Positions 57,541 through 64,000 of a stretch of 64,000 nt of DNA are shown in pieces; within the stretch, counting starts at the first letter, position 1; every line of letters begins with the position of its first letter. The notes under the pieces were generated by a model. The model was not told where the DNA came from. It saw only the letters and a program-made list of their open reading frames with translations, and did no database searches. A program made the translations under genes and the position numbers. The DNA is from a virus. The DNA lies in the IMG/VR virus record IMGVR_UViG_3300028361_000023, positions 9,817 to 73,816 of that record. The stretch is one strand, 5' to 3'.

Positions 57541-57838
57541 AGACTATCGTATTAATATAAAAACAATATTAGTTATTTTTATAATTATAGCTTCAATATT
57601 CGGTTTTTTTTATTATATTGAAAACTTAAAGAATAAAAAAATAATTATAAAGTTAGAAGAAACTACAGAACAACTTGATTCTTTTAAAATAGATAAAAAA
57701 GTTAAAACCAGTTTAAATAAAATAAAACATCGTAATATAAAAAAAAATACAGAAATATTAAATGAAAAAATTACTAAAACTAACGATGCTTCTGATTCTA
57801 TCAAACTCGGCAATTTCTCAAAACGTTATAATAAATGA
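57530..57838 (+). CDS. Rz/i-spanin-like membrane protein
   Basis: N-terminal TM helix plus coiled coil; overlaps the next gene by 77 bp. Confidence 0.5.
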   Translation: MLNKDYRINIKTILVIFIIIASIFGFFYYIENLKNKKIIIKLEETTEQLDSFKIDKKVKTSLNKIKHRNIKKNTEILNEKITKTNDASDSIKLGNFSKRYNK

Positions 57839-58118
57839 TAGTACTACTATTATTAAAAATAATATTGTTGTTTTAATTGAAAAAGACCTACAAAATAAAA
57901 CAGATAGTATTTTTTATTTATTGGAGTTAAACAAAGAAAGTCTTTCTTATAGGCAGCTTTACGAGGAAGAAAATATTAAAAATTCTGCCTATAAGAAAAA
58001 TATATTAGTAAAAGAATCTACAATAAATAATTTAACTGTTAAGAATAATAATAAAAATAAAATTATATTTTTTTCTATTCTTTATCAAGCTGCATTAACT
58101 ATATTGATTTTTAAATAA
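57762..58118 (+). CDS. Exported coiled-coil protein with C-terminal TM (spanin-like partner)
   Basis: Signal peptide MKKLLKLTMLLILSNSAISQ, no Cys, hydrophobic C-terminus. Confidence 0.5.
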   Translation: MKKLLKLTMLLILSNSAISQNVIINDSTTIIKNNIVVLIEKDLQNKTDSIFYLLELNKESLSYRQLYEEENIKNSAYKKNILVKESTINNLTVKNNNKNKIIFFSILYQAALTILIFK

Positions 58119-58777
58119 TGTCTAATACTAAAACAATATCACAAATAGTAGAACTTATTGCAGATAGGTTTGGTAAAGCTGATGATTACCCTTTTAAACA
58201 ATCTATAGCTTTTAGTGTTAAATATTGGAGAGCTATACTTTTACGTAGATACTTAGAAAGAAATCCTTTTGATAAAAACCTATTACAAACAATTTGTGTA
58301 CCTTTAGAATACGGGAATACTGATTTATGTTGTGAAACTTTAACAGGTTGTAAAGGAATGATTTCTACAATAGACATACCTGAATCTTTACGAATAAGTA
58401 GAGATAGTCCTTTGTATTCAGTTAGTAAATTAAATTTTAAAAGTATTGATTATGCTTCTAAATTATCATGGGAAAGTAGAAAACACAGTAAATTTACTGA
58501 TAAAGATTTAAAGTACGACATAATTAACAAAAAAATATACATTAAAAATGCTACAAATTTAACTCATATTTATATTACTGATATTTGGATAGACCCGGAA
58601 ACTTTACCTGATTGTAACGATAATGATATAAATCCTAATTGTGATGGTAAAGCTTTTCCTATTCCTGGTGATATGATAATTACTATAATAGAAGGGATGA
58701 TTTCTTTAGATTTAAAAATTGTTAATAGTGACGATCAAGAAGTTGAAATAAGTAGCGATAAAACAGATAAAAATTAA
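58118..58777 (+). CDS. Tail ring protein
   Basis: crAss-like pattern RAILL...Q..C..L and W.DP...FPIP; gene position. Confidence 0.6.
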   Translation: MSNTKTISQIVELIADRFGKADDYPFKQSIAFSVKYWRAILLRRYLERNPFDKNLLQTICVPLEYGNTDLCCETLTGCKGMISTIDIPESLRISRDSPLYSVSKLNFKSIDYASKLSWESRKHSKFTDKDLKYDIINKKIYIKNATNLTHIYITDIWIDPETLPDCNDNDINPNCDGKAFPIPGDMIITIIEGMISLDLKIVNSDDQEVEISSDKTDKN

Positions 58778-59577
58778 TGATAAAAACAAAAGAAGTATAC
58801 GATTATTATTTACATAAAGTAGAAAAAAATTATCAAGATAATAAGATTAAACTAGATCAATTATTAAAAAATCAAAAAGAACTTAAAAAAGAAATAAGTA
58901 AATTTTCTTATTTTTTAAATAAATATAGTAATCTTAATATTGATAAATTAGACAATCTTACTAGTGATTTTAAATTAGTTTGTTCTATTAATTGTGATAT
59001 AAGTAATAATTTTAATAGTAAAGAAATAGAAAAACTATTAGATAATCAAATTAACTTAAATATTAAAGTGTCTGAGTTAACAAAAGAAGTCAGTAACTAT
59101 GAATTAATTCCTTTAAAAAATCAAGCTCAATTTAATTTCATATTAAAAGAATTTAATAAATTAATTATTAATGAAGTTATAGAAAACAATTATAAATATA
59201 CTTTAGGTAAAATAGGTCAACTTAAAATACGAAAAAGAAAACGTAAAGGAAAAGTAGTAAATTGGGGGCCAAGTAATAAAAATAAAGCCAAAATAATAAA
59301 AGAAGGTAAATTACCTTATAAAGAAGTTAGTAAAGATATAGAAGGTAATTCTATAGGTAACGGCGGAGAAGCTTGGTTAGTATACCATGAAAATAATATT
59401 CATCCTTATTTTTATTGGGATAGAGAATACATAAATCCAGAATTTAAAAAACATTTAAATGAAGGTATGCTTAAAAATGTTTCTTTTACACCTACTAAAG
59501 GTGACGTTGGTATAGTATATAAGTTAAATAAGGCTATACAAGATAGACCTGAATTGTTAAAGATATATAATAAATAA
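58777..59577 (+). CDS. IHF/HU-like crAss protein
   Basis: LGKIGQLKIRKRKRK..VNWG pattern just before the tail tubular gene. Confidence 0.6.
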   Translation: MIKTKEVYDYYLHKVEKNYQDNKIKLDQLLKNQKELKKEISKFSYFLNKYSNLNIDKLDNLTSDFKLVCSINCDISNNFNSKEIEKLLDNQINLNIKVSELTKEVSNYELIPLKNQAQFNFILKEFNKLIINEVIENNYKYTLGKIGQLKIRKRKRKGKVVNWGPSNKNKAKIIKEGKLPYKEVSKDIEGNSIGNGGEAWLVYHENNIHPYFYWDREYINPEFKKHLNEGMLKNVSFTPTKGDVGIVYKLNKAIQDRPELLKIYNK

Positions 59578-59578
59578 A

Positions 59579-60229
59579 ATGGCAATAACTAATAAAGTCA
59601 GTATTCAAAGGTTACTAGTAAATATAGAAGATACTTTTAACTTAAATAATGAGTCTTGGAAAAGTAAAGCTATTGAAACTATAGGTAGAGGTTTAGAAAT
59701 TATAAAAGTAAGTTCTATGTTTAAAAAAACATCTATAACTAAAAAGTTAATAGGAGGAAAAACATCTTTACCTTGTGATATAAAAACATTAATTCAAATT
59801 GAATATGAAGATTGTGAATTAATAATAAATAATAGAAGAAATTTTATAAAAGAATGTGCAAATGATTTACCTTGTCACCATATAGCCACGGGACAATTAA
59901 ATGGGAATATTTTACATACTAATATAGAACAAGGTGAAGTAGTTATTTATTACTTATCTATAGAAGTTGATGAAGAAGGTTATCCTTTAATTCCAGACGA
60001 TCCTATGGTATTTGAAGCTTTAGAATGGTATGTAATATATAAGTTTTTACTTGCTGGTAATAAACATCATACAATTAAAGATCATAGAGAAGCTCGTGCT
60101 ATGTGGGAAGAGTATTATCCACAAGCTAGAAATAGTGTCAAGCAACCTAGTGTTTTACAAATGACTAAATTTATGAATGTGTGGTTAAGTCAAAGTAATG
60201 ATTTTAGACAATTAGGAACTTATAATTAA
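59579..60229 (+). CDS. Tail tubular/ring protein (P22 gp4-like)
   Basis: LPCD and Y.SI.VDEEGYPLIPD....EALEWY motifs. Confidence 0.8.
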   Translation: MAITNKVSIQRLLVNIEDTFNLNNESWKSKAIETIGRGLEIIKVSSMFKKTSITKKLIGGKTSLPCDIKTLIQIEYEDCELIINNRRNFIKECANDLPCHHIATGQLNGNILHTNIEQGEVVIYYLSIEVDEEGYPLIPDDPMVFEALEWYVIYKFLLAGNKHHTIKDHREARAMWEEYYPQARNSVKQPSVLQMTKFMNVWLSQSNDFRQLGTYN

Positions 60230-63200
60230 TGGAAAATTTATTTGGAATATGGAAAGACGGTAGACCTGTTAATGCTGTTGAAACTTATAAAGTTTGGGAA
60301 CATGCTAAAAATATATTAATTAACGACAATTTTAAATCTATTGCTAATGAAAAAGGCTTTAAAATTGATACTACTTTTAGTAAAGAAATAATAGGTATTA
60401 TACCTACTAATAAAGGACATGTAGTATTTTCTACTAATAATAATACGAGTGATATTCATTTTGTACAAAATAAAATTAAAACTAATGTAGTTATAGATTC
60501 AGTTTGTTTAGGTTTTAGATTAGATAAACCTATTGAAGGTATTTTTAAATTTAATGATTGTGGAGATTTAATAGTTGTATTTACAGATTATCATAATTCT
60601 ATTAAAATTATAAATATTACAAAACTAATAGAAGATCCTCCTAGTTCTTTTATTTGTAAAAATTATAAATTATTTCAAGATGTAGAAAGAGTAAACGTTT
60701 CTGAAACTGTTAAAGATGGAGGTAATTTAACTTCTGGTGCTTATAGTCTGTTTTATAGTTTTATAAATGAAGACGGAAGAGAGACAAAAAACTCTTATGT
60801 ATATGATCCTATATTTATTACTAATAGTAATATCTCTGATGGACATGAAAGTTATGACGGTGTAGAAAGTAATACAAAAACTAATAAATCTATTTCTTAT
60901 ATTATAAACCCTATAAATAACGTAAATAATTATGTTAAAATAAAGTTAGGTGTTATTGTAAGTATAAATAATATTAAAAGAGCTTATCATATTGTTACTT
61001 TAGATGTAATGCCTATAGTAAGTTACAATTTTACTGGTAATGAAAATTTAAAAGAAGTAGATTTAACTAATGTATTAGTAAATAACATTAGTTATGAAAC
61101 TGCAAAAACAATTACAGAAATTAATGATGAGGTATATTTAGGTAATTTAAAAAGTAATACTTATGGTGATTTTCAAAAATATGTAAATAATTTTAAAGTA
61201 CAATGGTATTCTAAAATAATAAATCCTAATGAATTTAAAAACAGCAGTAAAGTTAACATAGGTAATCATATAGAAAAATCATTTATGCCTAGAGAAGTTT
61301 ACGCAATGTACTTTTTCTTTAATGATAAAAAAGGTAATACTAGTCCTTTTTATCATATTCCTGGACCTAGTCTTACCGCAAATGATAGATTACAAAGTAG
61401 TATCTTACTTACAGGCTTTCCTAGTAATCCTCTAAAATACGAAATAGAAGATACTTGTAAGCTTACTTTTGCTAGTACTACTAATTTAAATACTGAATCT
61501 ATCGCTTTTGGAGATATGGGTAAATGGGAAAACAAAACAGAAAATTATGAAGACGTTGCTTGTAGTGAAATTTGGAACTCTACAGGTAAAATAGGTGAAT
61601 TAAATAACACTAAAGTAAGACATCATCGTTTTCCTAGTTTAAATTATCTTTCTAAAAATATGAATAGTCCTGGAAAAACAGGTAACAGTATAGGACTTCA
61701 AGAAGATGTTATTTTAGGTGTCTTATTATCTAATTTACATTTTCCTACAGAAATTAGAGATAATATGGCTAGTTGGGGTATTGCTTTTGCTAAAAGAGAT
61801 ATTGATAATATGACTGTTTATGGTCAAGATATGTTACTGTATAGTTCTCTTACAAAAATAAGCACATTCGCAAGTCCAGAAAGATTAAACAATTACGCTG
61901 AATATACAAGTGCAGGTATAAATAGTAATTTTAATGACGGTCTTGATGGTGATTCTGAGTTAAATAATACTTATATTAGAGGACATAACGCAGATTTATT
62001 AAAAGATTTGCCAAATATAAATCCAGATTATATAGCTAATGAATTAGATATAAAAGCAGATTATAGTGATAATGATTATTACATTTATGATTACACAAAA
62101 CTACAACATGAAAGATACACTAGAAATGTAGTTATAGATCATACTAAAAAACTAGGATTTCCTTTTATTGGAACAGTTAATGCTGTTGATAGTAATAGAT
62201 TAATAAGAAATATTGAAGATTTTTCTTATTTTCCTAATCATGTTTTTATAAATTCAACGAATTACACTAATTTGTATAAAGAAAGTTTTATACATATAAA
62301 ACCTGTTAAACCTGTATTAAATGATAATTTACTAAATATAGATTTAGACGATAACTTAATTACTATATTAGACACTAAAAATGGCGACCTTGATGCAGGA
62401 GAAACTAAACAATTAAAAGAACATCATACAACTAAATATAGTATTTGTAAACTACTAAATAACGTTTACGTAGGTTATAACAATCAAAAAGATGTAATAA
62501 TTTTAGACGATTTACAAGCCCCTAGTCCTGTTGTTAGTGGTCCTATTTTTGGAGGAGATACTTTTGTATCTATGAACACAATAACTACTCATATAAATAG
62601 AGGAGAACTACAACAAGCTAATAATACTGCTTATGCTGAAATGTTTTTAAATGACGGTTCACTAACTATTAACCTTAGACGTTTAAACTTTTTTTGTTTT
62701 TTTATTAACAGTTTTCATACTATTAATAATTGGGGATTAAGACATCAAGAATTAGATAACGACTTAACGCAGTATTATCCTAAAGACAGTAGATTGTTTG
62801 ACTTAAACGCAAGTGCTATTTATAGTCAAGATATAAATGATAGTACTAAAAATTGGATAACCGCTTATAATGAAGATTACAGTACTGTAAATATATTTAA
62901 TCAAGGTATTATTTTTAATTGTGAAAATGATAATTGTAATACTGTTTTTAATTTTCGTATTCATTTAGGTAATGATGTAGAAAATAATACTTTTTTAGCT
63001 AATAATTTCTATGATATGTTAGATACAAATCACGGAGAAATATGGAAAATATTAGAATATAATAATAGTCTTATTATACATCAAAAATATGCACTCTATA
63101 TTGCTAGAATTAAAGATAAATTAGAAACAAATTTAGATATAATTTATGTAGGTAGAGGAGATATTTTAGATAGAGAACCCGATGAAGTTTTACCTGAACA

Positions 63201-64000
63201 ACAAGGATATGGCGGTAATCAAAGCCAATGGGCTAGTGTTTTATGTAAATTAGGTTATTGTTTTATAGATAGAAATTTAGGTAAAATATTTATATTTAAC
63301 GGTAAACTCGCTGAAATAAGTACTAAAGGTTTACATAATTGGTTAAGAGACAATCTTCAATACTCTAATTTAGAAATAGATAATCCTTTTAAATATGACG
63401 GATTATCTATGGTTTTTGATGAAACTTACGATAGGTTAATAATATCGCAAAAACAAATAAATCCTTTATTTGAATATAAAATAATAAAAGATGACTTTAC
63501 AAATGAAGATATAAATGTAAATGAGTATGTTAAATGGAAAGGTAAATATTATAGAATGGTTCTTAAATCTGTTGTACCAGATATTAATCCTCAATTAAAT
63601 ACTCCTTATTATTTTAATTTAGACGGTAACGAAATTTGTGGAAAACCTATAGATGAAACCGATATTACTTTATTTACTGAAGTTTCTTTTACTTTATCTT
63701 ATTCTCCTACTTTACGTAAAGGTGGAGGAGGTTGGGTTTGTTATCATGATTATTATCCTAATTATATGTTTAATAGTCGTAATGAACAGTTTGCTGTTTT
63801 GAATCAAAATAACGAAGGTAAAATTTATAAGATGAATGTTGGTGAAGTTGGTGTATATTTTGATCAATCTGTTATATTTAAAACTTATGTAGATTTAATA
63901 TATAATATACAAAAGAAATACGAAAAATATCTTTTATCTGTTAAATGGGATGTTGATATTATTGATAGTACTCAAAAAGTATTAGAAGATAAAACATTAA
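60229..64000 (+). CDS. Tail stabilisation/muzzle protein (P22 gp10-like), 3'-truncated, not in ORF track
   Basis: The ATG overlaps the previous stop. It reads MENLFGIWKD...AKN...NEKG, with FTD..N, EVYA and VRHHRFP motifs. No stop seen; the frame is still open at the window end. Confidence 0.85.
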   Translation, partial: MENLFGIWKDGRPVNAVETYKVWEHAKNILINDNFKSIANEKGFKIDTTFSKEIIGIIPTNKGHVVFSTNNNTSDIHFVQNKIKTNVVIDSVCLGFRLDKPIEGIFKFNDCGDLIVVFTDYHNSIKIINITKLIEDPPSSFICKNYKLFQDVERVNVSETVKDGGNLTSGAYSLFYSFINEDGRETKNSYVYDPIFITNSNISDGHESYDGVESNTKTNKSISYIINPINNVNNYVKIKLGVIVSINNIKRAYHIVTLDVMPIVSYNFTGNENLKEVDLTNVLVNNISYETAKTITEINDEVYLGNLKSNTYGDFQKYVNNFKVQWYSKIINPNEFKNSSKVNIGNHIEKSFMPREVYAMYFFFNDKKGNTSPFYHIPGPSLTANDRLQSSILLTGFPSNPLKYEIEDTCKLTFASTTNLNTESIAFGDMGKWENKTENYEDVACSEIWNSTGKIGELNNTKVRHHRFPSLNYLSKNMNSPGKTGNSIGLQEDVILGVLLSNLHFPTEIRDNMASWGIAFAKRDIDNMTVYGQDMLLYSSLTKISTFASPERLNNYAEYTSAGINSNFNDGLDGDSELNNTYIRGHNADLLKDLPNINPDYIANELDIKADYSDNDYYIYDYTKLQHERYTRNVVIDHTKKLGFPFIGTVNAVDSNRLIRNIEDFSYFPNHVFINSTNYTNLYKESFIHIKPVKPVLNDNLLNIDLDDNLITILDTKNGDLDAGETKQLKEHHTTKYSICKLLNNVYVGYNNQKDVIILDDLQAPSPVVSGPIFGGDTFVSMNTITTHINRGELQQANNTAYAEMFLNDGSLTINLRRLNFFCFFINSFHTINNWGLRHQELDNDLTQYYPKDSRLFDLNASAIYSQDINDSTKNWITAYNEDYSTVNIFNQGIIFNCENDNCNTVFNFRIHLGNDVENNTFLANNFYDMLDTNHGEIWKILEYNNSLIIHQKYALYIARIKDKLETNLDIIYVGRGDILDREPDEVLPEQQGYGGNQSQWASVLCKLGYCFIDRNLGKIFIFNGKLAEISTKGLHNWLRDNLQYSNLEIDNPFKYDGLSMVFDETYDRLIISQKQINPLFEYKIIKDDFTNEDINVNEYVKWKGKYYRMVLKSVVPDINPQLNTPYYFNLDGNEICGKPIDETDITLFTEVSFTLSYSPTLRKGGGGWVCYHDYYPNYMFNSRNEQFAVLNQNNEGKIYKMNVGEVGVYFDQSVIFKTYVDLIYNIQKKYEKYLLSVKWDVDIIDSTQKVLEDKTL

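Noticed and set aside
1-64000. Stop-codon reassignment (TAG or TGA), known in some crAss-like phages
   Set aside because: Long genes are uninterrupted in code 11, and TAG and TGA serve as normal stops (e.g. 40019, 11716).

Overview
The whole window is one very AT-rich lytic phage genome segment with the gene content and order of a crAss-like phage (Crassvirales). The host is probably a member of Bacteroidota, judged from TAnnTTTG promoters and A-rich leaders without Shine-Dalgarno sites. It reads in the standard genetic code, and I saw no tRNA, CRISPR array, integrase or intron. There are three blocks. (1) <1-9431 (+): the 3' part of a giant virion RNA polymerase gene with the DFDID active site; the frame is open from base 3. 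(2) 9.6-38.6 kb (-): nucleotide metabolism, replication and early genes, including Dcd, a DEDDh exoribonuclease, an L7/L12-like protein, dNMP kinase, ThyX, an amidoligase, rIIA, spore photoproduct lyase, GroES, ligase, primase, SSB, RecT-like protein, SF2 helicase, PolA, a transglycosylase, a Dda-like helicase and many small orphans. (3) 38.7->64 kb (+): HU/IHF, nuclease, TerL, portal, scaffold, major capsid, ring and tail proteins, a lysis cassette and the muzzle protein, which is truncated by the window end. Best leads: a RyR-domain protein fused to an Acb2/Tad1-like hairpin (candidate two-headed anti-defence signal sponge) heading an operon of micro-ORFs; a lysis cassette with a membrane-fused endolysin and a patatin phospholipase; a repeated 21-bp motif that may be the virion-RNAP promoter; and a phage spore photoproduct lyase. 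All family calls come from motifs recognised by eye; no database searches were run.
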